Part shown: piece by piece, positions 36,795 to 47,030 of the stretch | How positions within the stretch are numbered: position 1 is the first letter of the stretch | Layout: the number at the start of each line of letters is the position of its first letter | DNA from: Patescibacteria group bacterium | GTDB taxonomy: Bacteria > Patescibacteriota > Minisyncoccia > Phycocordibacterales > UBA9973 | NCBI GenBank assembly: GCA_040388095.1 | Contig: JAZKCM010000001.1 | Span: forward strand, 7,206 to 71,205 | Direction: 5' to 3' | Length of the DNA: 64,000 nt | Position numbers and translations under genes: made by a program | Notes under the pieces: model-generated | Seen by the model: only the letters and a program-made list of their open reading frames with translations | What the model was told of the DNA's origin: nothing | Databases searched by the model: none

Positions 36795-37418
36795 TTAGGA
36801 ATAGATTACAAAGAAACCATGTAAAACCGCAACGAAGTTTAGGACTGAGTGTGTGAGCGATATTAGAAAAAGGTTTGGATACTTCATATAGATTACAGTA
36901 AAAGCCAATCCCCCTATAAAAGCGAGTGGCAACATAACTTGAGGTATTGGATATATTATATGAAGTAGTGTAAAAAGAAGCGCATTGATGAGCACAATCC
37001 CTAATCGATCTCCGAAAACTTGTTTGAGTTTTAACACAAGAAAACTTCTATAAGCAAATTCTTGTAAAAAAGAAACTACTAAAAATAAAAATAAAAAATG
37101 TGGTTTAGTCCACCATTGTGGCTGAGGTTCCATTTCTAATCTTTCTGAGTAAGAAATAATAACAATCACGCTAAGTGTCATCAAACAGAGATAAGGAATT
37201 AAATATTTTTTGAATGTATGGACAGATATACCAAGGTCTTGAAGTGTATACTTTTCTTTTTTAATGATTGCATAGATCAAAAGACAAGCAAGAATAAGAA
37301 TAAACACTCTCGCCTCTTTTGGTAAAATATTTAAATAGAGGAGTATGATCGGTAAGACAAATATAAGAAATATTTGTCCAAACACCATCCTCTTTTGACT
37401 AGCAGAAAGTTCAGGCAT
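36795..37418 (-). CDS. CPBP family intramembrane glutamic endopeptidase (CAAX protease-like)
   Basis: Motif 1 is QEFAYRSFL (EExxxR-like). Motif 2 is ALLFTLLHI (FxxxH). The C-terminal motif is LTHSVLN. Confidence 0.75.
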   Translation of the reverse strand: MPELSASQKRMVFGQIFLIFVLPIILLYLNILPKEARVFILILACLLIYAIIKKEKYTLQDLGISVHTFKKYLIPYLCLMTLSVIVIISYSERLEMEPQPQWWTKPHFLFLFLVVSFLQEFAYRSFLVLKLKQVFGDRLGIVLINALLFTLLHIIYPIPQVMLPLAFIGGLAFTVIYMKYPNLFLISLTHSVLNFVAVLHGFFVIYS

Positions 37419-37422
37419 TTTG

Positions 37423-37572
37423 TTATGAAAAAATATTTTGAACCGTTGTCACTATCCAATTGATGATACCAGAAAATGTAATATCAAAGTATGACATGAT
37501 GAAAATCAAGATAACGATAGCTAGTATTAATCTCAAGAAACCTCCCTGCTGATTTTTTATATTTTTATTCAT
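37423..37572 (-). CDS. possible small membrane protein (49 aa)
   Basis: My translation is MNKNIKNQQGGFLRLILAIVILIFIMSYFDITFSGIINWIVTTVQNIFS*. The stop lies 4 nt before the CPBP start. It is below the track's size cutoff. Confidence 0.3.
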   Translation of the reverse strand: MNKNIKNQQGGFLRLILAIVILIFIMSYFDITFSGIINWIVTTVQNIFS

Positions 37573-37596
37573 AGTTTTATTTTAACATATTTACAT

Positions 37597-38886
37597 TTAT
37601 TTTTTATATACAGGTAAATAATACATCGGATCTAGATATGCATTAACTGGTGAAATAGGCATTGTATATATTTTGCCGTTACAGGTTTTGCTCGCTCGAG
37701 ATTCCATCTTTACAGCAGTTGAAGCATAAATTGAAACATGCAAGTGAGGACCTGTAGAATAGCCTGTATTGCCACTATAGCCGACTACTTCACCTCTGGA
37801 TACTTTCTGTCCTTGCGCGACTTTAATAAGAGAAAAATGCCCATACGTACTAGAAAGGCCATTATCATACTGAATAAAGACAAATTTACCAAAGGAAGCA
37901 CCTGGGCATGTGACATCTGTATCACCTGTTCCCATGACAATACCATTTGCCATAGCTTTGACAGGAGTACCCATAGAAGCTCGAAAATCGACACCGTTGT
38001 GAGTACCATTTACGTAAAGCCTCTTCCCTGCTTCAGTCTTGCCGAAAAATTGAGTTATCAGAACACTATCGAGTGGCCAAGAAAGAACTCCAGCATTAGG
38101 TAGTTTGGATGGATCGAGGATAAATTTTAATTGAGATTCAAATGTACGTAATTCATTTTCAAAAGCTTCTTTTTTTGCTAATTTATCCTTCAATAATTTC
38201 TGATAGCTTGATTCGTTATTTTTTGTTTGCTTAAGCAATTTATTTTTTTCTGCAGTATTTTGATCTACGATTTTTTTCTCATCTGCAAGCTGACTTTTCA
38301 AAGCAAGCAATTCATTTCTCGCTTTTTCTGTTACTGATTTCGTATTTTCAAGATTCTTTTTTACATCTTTTATCTCAACTATTTTTTCTTTTATGGCACC
38401 TTGTATACTGATCAAGTTATCAATATCATTCCATACAGATGAGAAACTATTTTGAGACATTAATCTTTCAACCATAGAATCAAGTTCAAATTCATTGACC
38501 TGTTTGATGCTCAGAATAATAGTATCGCTGTCGGTTTTTATTGTATCTTGGCTATCACTGATCTTTCCACCGAGCTCTTTTATCTCACTATTTTTATTTG
38601 CTATTTTATTTTGAGTGATTGCAATATCAGCTGTTAGTTTTTTTCTTGTAATATCAAGTTCTTTTAATGAACCATTGAGTGATGAAGCTTGCTTACTCAA
38701 TGTATTGAGTTGTTCTTGATAGAGAGTTATTTCTTTTTCTAAATTCTGGATGTCGGCATTTCTTGCATTTATTTTTCCATTAATTTCATCAGCTGTCTGC
38801 GCATACACAAAAAAACCTGGAATAATAAAACTAAAAATTAATACAAAAAAACTAAATTGCTTTTTGTAATCTTGAAATTGTTTCAT
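37597..38886 (-). CDS. M23 family metallopeptidase with long N-terminal coiled coil (EnvC-like)
   Basis: Signal-like N-terminus and ~240 aa of coiled coil. LytM motifs follow: HNGVDFRA (HxxxD) and GYSTGPHLHVSIY (HxH). The start overlaps the gltX 3' end by 35 nt. Confidence 0.85.
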   Translation of the reverse strand: MKQFQDYKKQFSFFVLIFSFIIPGFFVYAQTADEINGKINARNADIQNLEKEITLYQEQLNTLSKQASSLNGSLKELDITRKKLTADIAITQNKIANKNSEIKELGGKISDSQDTIKTDSDTIILSIKQVNEFELDSMVERLMSQNSFSSVWNDIDNLISIQGAIKEKIVEIKDVKKNLENTKSVTEKARNELLALKSQLADEKKIVDQNTAEKNKLLKQTKNNESSYQKLLKDKLAKKEAFENELRTFESQLKFILDPSKLPNAGVLSWPLDSVLITQFFGKTEAGKRLYVNGTHNGVDFRASMGTPVKAMANGIVMGTGDTDVTCPGASFGKFVFIQYDNGLSSTYGHFSLIKVAQGQKVSRGEVVGYSGNTGYSTGPHLHVSIYASTAVKMESRASKTCNGKIYTMPISPVNAYLDPMYYLPVYKK

Positions 38887-40156
38887 TTTTTCCTAAGATT
38901 GAAGCTATAGTAAAAGGATCGGGTGATTTTTCAAGGCCTGAGAGAGTAAAACGCATTGGATGAAGTACTTCTCCCCTACTTGGTAGAGTATTTGCATATT
39001 CCATTATTGTATTTTTTATATTTTCTAGATTAAAATCTGGTATAGATTCTAGTATCTTAATAACATTTTCCAAATACTCCTTTGTTTTTTCTGGGGCTGT
39101 ATCTTTGTAATTTATTTTTGATATATCTATTGCTGGGGCATTAATAAAAAAATCTAGCTCTTTATTTGCAACCATCTCTTTTATATCACTAAATTTTGTA
39201 ATCCTGTCTGAAATTATCGGAATTAACTTTTCATTTTGTAATTCTATCGGTAAAAATTCAAAAATTTTATTTTTCAAAACTTCTGTATTTAATTTTTTTA
39301 TATATTCTTTATTTAACCAATTTAATTTTTCTTGATTAAAAACTGCTGGAGACTTGTGTACCTTAGCTAGATCAAATTCTTTAATCAATTCTTCTTTAGA
39401 AAAAAGTTCTTGCTCTGTACCAGGATTCCAGCCGACCATCGAAACCATATTTAAAAGTGCTTCAGGTAAGTATCCTTGTTCCCTGTATTCAGTAATAGCA
39501 AGTGCGCCCTTTCTTTTCGATAGCTTTTGCTTATCATCACCTAATACAAGTGGTAAATGAGCATATATTGGCGTAGGAGCGCCTATTGCGCGCTGTATGA
39601 GTATTTGGCGTGGAGTATTTGAAACGTGATCTTCACCACGGATGATATGTGTTACTCCTTCATCAAAATCATCGACAACAACAGCAAGGTGAAAAAGTGG
39701 CTCATTGATATTTTTCGCAATAACAAAATCACCAAGATCAGCAGTATGCATAGTGATAAGACCTTTGATTTCATCGACAAAAGAAACATCTTCATTTGGA
39801 TTTTTGAAACGCACTATTTCTTTTATAATTCCACTACCGTCTTTAGCTTCTTCTTTTGAAATATATGCATGGCCATCACCAATCATTTTCTCTAAGATTT
39901 CTTTGTGACGATTTACATTTTCTGATTGTCTAAAAAATTCATCATATTCCAAACCGAGCCAATTTAAGCTTTCTAGTATATTGCCCTCATTTTCTTTTGT
40001 GGAGCGTTCTTTATCTGTATCTTCAATACGAAGAATAAATTTACCATTATTTTTACGTGCAAAAAGATATGAAAAAATAGCTGTTCTGTATGCACCAGAG
40101 TGAAGTTTACCTGTCGGACTTGGGGCAAATCTTGTTACTACTTTTTTCTGTTCCAT
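38852..40156 (-). CDS. gltX: glutamate--tRNA ligase
   Basis: TRFAPSPTGKLHSGAYRTAIF (HIGH-type) and KLSKRKGA (KMSKS-type). Confidence 0.92.
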   Translation of the reverse strand: MEQKKVVTRFAPSPTGKLHSGAYRTAIFSYLFARKNNGKFILRIEDTDKERSTKENEGNILESLNWLGLEYDEFFRQSENVNRHKEILEKMIGDGHAYISKEEAKDGSGIIKEIVRFKNPNEDVSFVDEIKGLITMHTADLGDFVIAKNINEPLFHLAVVVDDFDEGVTHIIRGEDHVSNTPRQILIQRAIGAPTPIYAHLPLVLGDDKQKLSKRKGALAITEYREQGYLPEALLNMVSMVGWNPGTEQELFSKEELIKEFDLAKVHKSPAVFNQEKLNWLNKEYIKKLNTEVLKNKIFEFLPIELQNEKLIPIISDRITKFSDIKEMVANKELDFFINAPAIDISKINYKDTAPEKTKEYLENVIKILESIPDFNLENIKNTIMEYANTLPSRGEVLHPMRFTLSGLEKSPDPFTIASILGKNETISRLQKAI

Positions 40157-40195
40157 TGGAACATTTTAACATTTCTGAGGTTTTTTTAAAAGCTT

Positions 40196-41326
40196 TTATT
40201 TTTCGTGACCAAGAGCAATGTCTACAAGGACTTGTGCGATTTTTAGTGAAGCATCTTTCTTTCCAAAATTCTTTGCATTCTCAGCCATTCGGGCATAAGT
40301 AGCTGGATCATTCACAATTCTTTCTATTTCAGCAATGAGAATATTTGAAGTCATATTCATCTCTTCTATGACACTACAAGCTCCAGCACGAGCATAATTA
40401 AATGCATTTTTCTTTGCATGATCTTCATTCGAATTTGTAAAAGGAATAAGTATTGAAGGTACGCCCCAACAAGCTATTTCAAAAAGCCCTGAACCTGCTC
40501 GAGAAATGATAATACTAGCGCAACTTGCGAGAGATTTCATTTGAATGTTGTTTAAATAATCAACAGCTTGATAGCGAGACTTGTTTGGATTATCAGTGAG
40601 GACAACATCGGCTCTTTTTTGTACTGTTTTATAATTTCTGACACCTGTTTGGTGTATTACTTGGAAATTTTCTAAGAGTTTCGGTAGTGCATCAATAATG
40701 ACATTATTGATTAATTCTGCACCTTGAGAACCACCGATAATTGCTATGACTGGTAAATTGGATTCTAATTTCCAATAAGTTAATCCTTCTTGTTTAGAAA
40801 TTAAATTTGAAATTTCTGCGCGTATTGGTTGCCCTGTCCATGCAGTTTTATCTTTTGGAAAATATTCTGATGCTTCTGGAAATGATATCGCTATTTTGCG
40901 AGCAAACTTCCCTGCCCATTTATTTACTCGTCCTGGAGCACTATCGGATTCATGAATAACGACAGGAATACGAAGAATACGTCCAGCAAGAAGCGTTGGG
41001 AATGAGGCATATCCACCCTTACCAAAAATAACATCAGGATAGATTGAATAAATCTTAAACATTGCAGACAATACACCAGTCAATGTTTTAAACATATCAA
41101 AAAAATTCTTGATAGAAAAATAAATTCTCAATTTCCCAGCATTTACCTGTTCGTAGATTAATCCATTTTCAAATACGACCTCTTTGTCGTATGGGCTGTC
41201 AGAAAAATAATACAATTTTGCTTGTAAGATATTTTCCTTATCGATGATATGATTTACTTTTTGAGTAACAGCGATAATTGGGTAAAAATGACCTCCTGTT
41301 CCTCCTCCTGTGAAAACTATTTTCAT
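40196..41326 (-). CDS. murG: UDP-N-acetylglucosamine--N-acetylmuramyl-(pentapeptide) pyrophosphoryl-undecaprenol GlcNAc transferase
   Basis: Start chosen at MKIVFTGGGTGGHFYPIIAV (ATG 41326). The track start at 41392 would overlap ftsW. The C-terminal part contains IISRAGSG. Confidence 0.9.
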   Translation of the reverse strand: MKIVFTGGGTGGHFYPIIAVTQKVNHIIDKENILQAKLYYFSDSPYDKEVVFENGLIYEQVNAGKLRIYFSIKNFFDMFKTLTGVLSAMFKIYSIYPDVIFGKGGYASFPTLLAGRILRIPVVIHESDSAPGRVNKWAGKFARKIAISFPEASEYFPKDKTAWTGQPIRAEISNLISKQEGLTYWKLESNLPVIAIIGGSQGAELINNVIIDALPKLLENFQVIHQTGVRNYKTVQKRADVVLTDNPNKSRYQAVDYLNNIQMKSLASCASIIISRAGSGLFEIACWGVPSILIPFTNSNEDHAKKNAFNYARAGACSVIEEMNMTSNILIAEIERIVNDPATYARMAENAKNFGKKDASLKIAQVLVDIALGHEK

Positions 41327-41345
41327 ATAATTAAAAAATTTATTG

Positions 41346-42449
41346 TTAAGTCTGTTTGTGCTGATATTTCGATATTTGAAAAATAATACCAATAGCCATA
41401 AGATCGATCATAAGCGATGTACCTCCGTGACTCATAAAGACAAGCGGTACACCAGTGAGTGGAAAGACTCCGATGATTGAAGCAATGTTCATAAACGATT
41501 GGGCTGTAAGCAGTATAACAATTCCCGAGACTAAAAGTCTACTGAAAAGATCTGGACTTCTATTTGCAATACGCAGACCACGCAGAGCAAAAAGTACATA
41601 AAGGAATATGATAGCTACGCAACCAATAAAACCGAGTTCTTCACCTATCACTGCAAATATAGAATCCCCTTGTGGTTCTGGTAAATAGCTAAATTTTTGA
41701 ATACTTTGACCAAAACCTCTACCAAAAACTCCACCAGATCCTATCGCAATCAATGATTGTTGAAGTTGATATGAAGATCCTTGAGAATTTTCAGATGGAT
41801 GGATAAATGTATTGATTCTTGCTTTGAGGTATGGAGTAAAAGCTACCAAACTTCCCAATACTAAAAGCGCAGCTATAGCTATGCCGACAATATATTTCCA
41901 AGAAACTCCAGAAATAAAAAGCATACAAATACCTGTCATTGCTATTAAGATAAAACTTTTCGTATCTGGTTGTTTAAATAAAATAGCAGCGATAACCGTG
42001 AGCATAATTGCAAGTGGCAAGATACCAAATTTAAAATCTTTAGCTCTATTTTTTGCCCATGAGAGCCAAGCAGAAAAATAAATAATAAAACCAAATTTTA
42101 AAATTTCACTTGGTTGAAATGATACAGGGCCGAGCTCTATCCAACGTCTCGCTCCTCCATGACTAAAGCCGAGATGCGGTATGAAAACAGCTGCAGTGAT
42201 AAAGATCGAACTCAGGAATATATAAAAAGCGTATTTGCGCCAAAATTTATAAGGTATTTTTAAACAAAGAAACATTCCAAGAAAACCAAAACCAAGTCCT
42301 AAGACGAGCTGACTGATGAGCACAGAATAAAAAGTCTGTTCGCTTTTTGCAAGAATACCTAAGGATGCAGAAACGAACATTGCAACTCCTATCAAAACAA
42401 GAGTGACAATAACAACAAGGAAAAATTTATCTATTTTATTTTTATGCAT
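41346..42449 (-). CDS. ftsW: SEDS-family peptidoglycan glycosyltransferase (FtsW/RodA)
   Basis: 10-TM SEDS pattern: QPSEILKF, LPEPQGDSIFAVIGEELGFIG, PLTGVPLVFMSHGGTS. The ftsW name rests only on the mraY-x-murG position. Confidence 0.85.
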   Translation of the reverse strand: MHKNKIDKFFLVVIVTLVLIGVAMFVSASLGILAKSEQTFYSVLISQLVLGLGFGFLGMFLCLKIPYKFWRKYAFYIFLSSIFITAAVFIPHLGFSHGGARRWIELGPVSFQPSEILKFGFIIYFSAWLSWAKNRAKDFKFGILPLAIMLTVIAAILFKQPDTKSFILIAMTGICMLFISGVSWKYIVGIAIAALLVLGSLVAFTPYLKARINTFIHPSENSQGSSYQLQQSLIAIGSGGVFGRGFGQSIQKFSYLPEPQGDSIFAVIGEELGFIGCVAIIFLYVLFALRGLRIANRSPDLFSRLLVSGIVILLTAQSFMNIASIIGVFPLTGVPLVFMSHGGTSLMIDLMAIGIIFQISKYQHKQT

Positions 42450-43523
42450 TTATTTTAAAACAAATAAAATTATACCAATAACAGCAAACATAACACTGAG
42501 TACCCAATAACGCATTGTTATTTTTGGACGTGACCAGCCGAGTGCTTCAAAATGATGATGTAGTGGTGCAACAAGAAATATTCTCTTGTTAAAATATTTT
42601 TTTGAAACTATTTGTGCCATTGAAGAAAAAGAAGTTGCAACTAATGGAAATGCGATAATAGGCAAAAGTAATACTGAATTAGTCAGAAATGCAATAGTCG
42701 CAAGGACAATCGTCAAAGGCATCATACCTGTTTCACCCATATAAAATCGTGCTGGTGGAATATTGAACCAAAGAAATGCAAGTGTCGCTCCTGTGATGAC
42801 TCCACAAAAAGCAGCGAGATCTATCTGATTATTTGCAAAAGCGATAAATGTATACGAAGCAAAAATAGAAGCGAGTACTCCTCCAGAAAGACCATCGATA
42901 CCATCGATAACTCCTCCAGAAAAAGTAGCAAGCATAACAGCTATCACAAATGGTATAAAAAGTATTCCCAATTCAAAAGATCCATCAAAAGGTATATGAA
43001 TAGAATGCATTCCTAATTTGTAAAAAAACCATAAACCAGCAAGGAGTCCAGAAATTACAATCATAATAATCTTTGCCCTTGTATACCAATGAGATTTTCT
43101 TGTGATATTTGATTTACCATTAATCTCTAAAATATCATCGATAAATCCTAAGAGTGACCCTAGAATAAATATTGAAATCGGTATAAAAGTCTGTGACCTA
43201 CTAAAGAAATTTAATTTTGAAAATAAATCATTTTGGAAAACGAGAGAGAGTATAAAAAATCCTAAAGTCGTAAGTAAAACCGAAGACCAAATAATAATAC
43301 CTCCGACACAAGGGACAGAGACTTCGTCTTTTGCTTTTTCTTGATGTATTTTTTTGAATTCTTCTGAAGATGTGTCTTCTGTCCTAACTTTCTTTTTCCA
43401 CATTTTATGTTTATAAAAAAAATGAGTAGCAATCGGTGTAATCAAAATACCAAGTATGAATGATATAGTTGTCGGGAGGAATATTTTAATAAGATTTAAA
43501 TACATATGAGTATTATAATACAT
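42450..43523 (-). CDS. mraY: phospho-N-acetylmuramoyl-pentapeptide-transferase
   Basis: GFIDDILEI, DGIDGLSGG and APLHHHFEALGW. An alternative start is 43505. Confidence 0.92.
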   Translation of the reverse strand: MYYNTHMYLNLIKIFLPTTISFILGILITPIATHFFYKHKMWKKKVRTEDTSSEEFKKIHQEKAKDEVSVPCVGGIIIWSSVLLTTLGFFILSLVFQNDLFSKLNFFSRSQTFIPISIFILGSLLGFIDDILEINGKSNITRKSHWYTRAKIIMIVISGLLAGLWFFYKLGMHSIHIPFDGSFELGILFIPFVIAVMLATFSGGVIDGIDGLSGGVLASIFASYTFIAFANNQIDLAAFCGVITGATLAFLWFNIPPARFYMGETGMMPLTIVLATIAFLTNSVLLLPIIAFPLVATSFSSMAQIVSKKYFNKRIFLVAPLHHHFEALGWSRPKITMRYWVLSVMFAVIGIILFVLK

Positions 43524-44298
43524 TTATTATTTTTTCCATATCAGTAAATCGTGCTTCTTTGCTTGAGCTTAGAATAGTTATTACGAAGGTCTCACCATTT
43601 TTATTTTTCCAAATAATCGTCAAATTCCCTCCTGCGAGTTCTGTATGCCCTGTTTTAGAAAAAAGAATATTTGGAACTTTACTAAGGAGTAGATTTGTAT
43701 TGGGTATTTTGTCTGCTTCAAGGTCGGTTGTAGAAAGAAAGAAATTATCTGTATTGAAAGCATACAGAGCCAAGATATTTGCATCTTTTGCACTACCATA
43801 TGCTCCAGCATGCGTTTCATCAATATCGAGACCTGTCTGATTGTAAAAGATGGTGTTGGTCATACCGATTTCATTCGCTTTCCTATTCATTTTCCCTATT
43901 AGATTGTCGATACCTAAAGAAAGTTCAACAGCACCTTCATTTGAAGAAGAAACCATAGTAAAACGAGCTAAATTCAAAAGATTCACAGTTTTTTCTTTTT
44001 CTTGAAAAGTGATGAGGACTGTCATTGTTTTTGTTAGAGATGCCAAAGGCAAAGCGAGGTTTTCGTTTTGACCGTAGACGAAATCTTTATCATTTACATC
44101 ATAAATTGAAATAGCTTTCGCCTCTAGAGACAATTTAGATATTTTTTGACTTAATTCGTATTTTTTCTGAGCTTTTATTTCATTTTGAATGCGTAATGTT
44201 TCTTTTTTCTCATGTAAGTGTGCTCCAAACAAAACTCCCTCGATGAGAAGGAGTATTACGATGCAGAATAAAAGCCTGTTTTCTTTACTGATCTTCAT
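43513..44298 (-). CDS. D-alanyl-D-alanine carboxypeptidase (S11, PBP5-like, low molecular weight)
   Basis: N-terminal TM helix, then SxxK (LASLTKTM), SxN (SSNEGA) and KTG (KTGHT). Confidence 0.8.
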   Translation of the reverse strand: MKISKENRLLFCIVILLLIEGVLFGAHLHEKKETLRIQNEIKAQKKYELSQKISKLSLEAKAISIYDVNDKDFVYGQNENLALPLASLTKTMTVLITFQEKEKTVNLLNLARFTMVSSSNEGAVELSLGIDNLIGKMNRKANEIGMTNTIFYNQTGLDIDETHAGAYGSAKDANILALYAFNTDNFFLSTTDLEADKIPNTNLLLSKVPNILFSKTGHTELAGGNLTIIWKNKNGETFVITILSSSKEARFTDMEKIINVL

Positions 44299-44839
44299 TG
44301 TTAATTTCTTCTTCTAATTTTTCAATTTCGCTACTTATAGAAGTGTTCACAGTAGCATAATCTGGCAATTCTTCGACATTTCTAACCCCCATAAAAGATA
44401 AGAGTTCAAAAGTTGGTTTATAAATATTTTTTCTTGTATCTTTTGGGTCTACAGATTTTTCTATTAATCCTCGTACAGAAAGTGCACGGAGGATGAAACT
44501 CGAGTTCACACCTCGAATATAGTCTATTTCTGATCGAGAAACACCGTTCTTATAAAGAACGATAGATAATGTTTCCAAGCTTGATTTTGAAAGCTCTTTA
44601 TTGAGTTCTTCTTTTTGTAAATTTTCTATGAGCCCTGCCATTTCCGGATGTGTGCCAAGCATAACTTCATTTTCTTTTTCGAGTAATATAATACCTCTGT
44701 TTTCTAAATTAGTTTTTAAATTTTGTAATGCTTCTTTTATCTCCTCTTCTGAAACTTCTAAAATGCTTGCAAGTTTCTTGATAGAAATGCTCTCACCTTT
44801 GAAAAACAATATAGCTTCTAATTTTTGTTCTAAATTCAT
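44285..44839 (-). CDS. scpB: segregation and condensation protein B
   Basis: LEAILFFKGESISIKKLASIL... and YIRGVNSSFILRALSVRGLI (tandem wHTH). Confidence 0.88.
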   Translation of the reverse strand: MNLEQKLEAILFFKGESISIKKLASILEVSEEEIKEALQNLKTNLENRGIILLEKENEVMLGTHPEMAGLIENLQKEELNKELSKSSLETLSIVLYKNGVSRSEIDYIRGVNSSFILRALSVRGLIEKSVDPKDTRKNIYKPTFELLSFMGVRNVEELPDYATVNTSISSEIEKLEEEINNEDQ

Positions 44840-45594
44840 ATATTTTCTATGATTATTTCTTCTACAGCTTCTTGTCGTTCTATGATTAAATCTTCGAAAT
44901 TATTGTTCTGTACGACATTGACTATTCCCTGCCTGACTAATTCTAGCATAGCAAGAAATCCGACAATGACAACTACGCGTTCTTCTTTCGTCACTGCCGT
45001 ACCTGCAAATTCTTTGAAATTCATCTGGAGCGCTGACTGCATGCGGAGCGTCATCTTATCAATCATTTCTTCGATACTAATAACTTTCTTCACTTCGACT
45101 TCCGGCAAAAATACTTTCTTTGGAATCTTATTTACTGCTTCACTAGCAAAAGTCATCATGGATTCTTTCGTAATCTGGTCATCAGGTAAAAATACAAGCG
45201 TTGTGTTTTTTCTTTCAAGTGGAGCAAATATCATATTCTTCCCGAAATTACTTTTGATATGAAGTGCAAGTTTTGAATAGAGCTCAAACAATCGTAATCG
45301 TTCTTCAAGATCCACAATCTCACTTTCCTCTTCATTTGTCAGATTAAGGTTCGGTAAGAGTGATTTTGATTTGATGAGTATGAGCGTAGCTGCGACGACA
45401 ACGAAATTAGAAATTTCTGCAGGATGCAGATTGCCGAGACTATTCACGTGTTTTATATAATCTTCAGTGACTTGTGAAAGTGATATTTCATTTATGAAAA
45501 GCTTACGAGATTCTATTAAATTCAAAAGCAAAGCAAACGGCCCTTCGAAGCCAGTCGTCTTCACTGTATAAGAATTTTCTAAAACTTCGTCCAT
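44836..45594 (-). CDS. scpA: segregation and condensation protein A (kleisin)
   Basis: FEGPFALLLNLIESRKL.I.EISLSQVTEDY and C-terminal IVGFLAMLELVRQG. Confidence 0.88.
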   Translation of the reverse strand: MDEVLENSYTVKTTGFEGPFALLLNLIESRKLFINEISLSQVTEDYIKHVNSLGNLHPAEISNFVVVAATLILIKSKSLLPNLNLTNEEESEIVDLEERLRLFELYSKLALHIKSNFGKNMIFAPLERKNTTLVFLPDDQITKESMMTFASEAVNKIPKKVFLPEVEVKKVISIEEMIDKMTLRMQSALQMNFKEFAGTAVTKEERVVVIVGFLAMLELVRQGIVNVVQNNNFEDLIIERQEAVEEIIIENI

Positions 45595-45595
45595 T

Positions 45596-46981
45596 TTATT
45601 TCTTAAGCTGTATGCCGAGCTCTTTGAGTTGTTTGTCGGAAGCCATAGAAGGCGCGCCCATCATAAGATCTTTGCCTTCACCTGTCTTTGGGAATGCTAT
45701 TACTTCACGTATGTTTGGCTCATTTTGCAGAAGCATTACGATACGATCGATACCTTGCGCACAGCCTCCGTGTGGTGGAGCACCGTATTCAAAAGCTTCG
45801 AGCATATGGCCAAAGCGCGCTTCGATGAGTTCTGCTGAAAGGCCGAGCAATTCGAATATTTTATTCTGTAATTCTCTCTGATGAATACGAATAGAGCCTC
45901 CACCGAGTTCGTAGCCGTTGAGCACGATGTCGTAAGCATTTGCCCGAGCTGAAAGTGGATCAGTATCGAGTAAATGCGCATCCTCAGCCTTCGGTGAAGT
46001 AAATGGATGATGCACCGCTTGTACTCCACCCTCTTTATCTTTTTCAAACATTGGGAAATCTACAACCCAACAGAAAGCGAGCAGATCCGGATCTTCTTTA
46101 TTTTCTCTTAAGTCTGGTTTGTCATTACCATATTTTTCCATTGATTCTTTATATGTGAGTCTTGGAAAAGGAATTTCCTGAATTTTTTTATTTGGATAAA
46201 CTGTTTGCACCATCTTGATAAACATTTCTTCTGTATAAGAAATAATTTCTTCTTGTGTTGCGAAAGACATCTCATAGTCTAGCTGAGTGAATTCTGGCTG
46301 TCTGTCTCCGCGAGTATCTTCGTCGCGCATACATTTTGCGATCTGGAAATATTTCTCAAATCCTGCGACCATAGCGAGCTGTTTAAATTGCTGTGGTGAT
46401 TGAGGAAGCACATAAAAATTGCCTGGTTCGAGACGTGAAGGCACTAAATATTCACGTGAGCCTTCTGGCGTACCTTTTGTCATTATCGGAGTTTCAATAT
46501 CAAGAAAATCGTTATCATGCATATATTGTCTGAAAAAAGTGACGATCTTATCGCGCATACGGATATTTTTCTGCATTCTTTCAGTACGGAGATCGAGATA
46601 TTTATACTTCATTCTCAAGTCCTCATTTATGCCAGCAGTATTTTCATTTACTTGAAATGGCGTAGTTTTCGCTTCGTTCAAAACTTCAATACTAAGAACT
46701 TCAAGCTCGATATTTCCATTCTGCATATCTTTGTTCACATTTTTCTCAGGGCGGGCGTTTACTTTGGCAGTAATTTTAAGAACCCATTCAGGGCGGATTT
46801 CTTTTGCAAGAGTAATAGCTTCACTATTTGGTAATGTGACGCATTGTATCTTCCCTGTCATATCACGCATATCAAAAAAGACCATCTTCCCCTGATCTCG
46901 TCGCACATCTACCCAGCCAGCAATAATGACTTCTTTTTCAATATTTTGCCCTAAATCTTTAATATAAATTCTATTTTGCAT
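45596..46981 (-). CDS. aspS: aspartate--tRNA ligase, bacterial-type core without the GAD insertion domain (461 aa)
   Basis: [45 protein letters not shown] and HHPFTSP resemble bacterial Asp[11 protein letters not shown] is followed after about 15 aa by [11 protein letters not shown]. In E. coli about 130 aa intervene. Confidence 0.88.
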   Translation of the reverse strand: MQNRIYIKDLGQNIEKEVIIAGWVDVRRDQGKMVFFDMRDMTGKIQCVTLPNSEAITLAKEIRPEWVLKITAKVNARPEKNVNKDMQNGNIELEVLSIEVLNEAKTTPFQVNENTAGINEDLRMKYKYLDLRTERMQKNIRMRDKIVTFFRQYMHDNDFLDIETPIMTKGTPEGSREYLVPSRLEPGNFYVLPQSPQQFKQLAMVAGFEKYFQIAKCMRDEDTRGDRQPEFTQLDYEMSFATQEEIISYTEEMFIKMVQTVYPNKKIQEIPFPRLTYKESMEKYGNDKPDLRENKEDPDLLAFCWVVDFPMFEKDKEGGVQAVHHPFTSPKAEDAHLLDTDPLSARANAYDIVLNGYELGGGSIRIHQRELQNKIFELLGLSAELIEARFGHMLEAFEYGAPPHGGCAQGIDRIVMLLQNEPNIREVIAFPKTGEGKDLMMGAPSMASDKQLKELGIQLKK

Positions 46982-47030
46982 AGGTTAAATTTAACATAAA
47001 ATAAGAAAATAAAAAAGCAGTATTAAACAC

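Noticed and set aside
46984-46995. 12-bp perfect palindrome GTTAAATTTAAC just upstream of aspS
   Set aside because: It is short and entirely A/T-dominated in an AT-rich genome, so it is likely to occur by chance.
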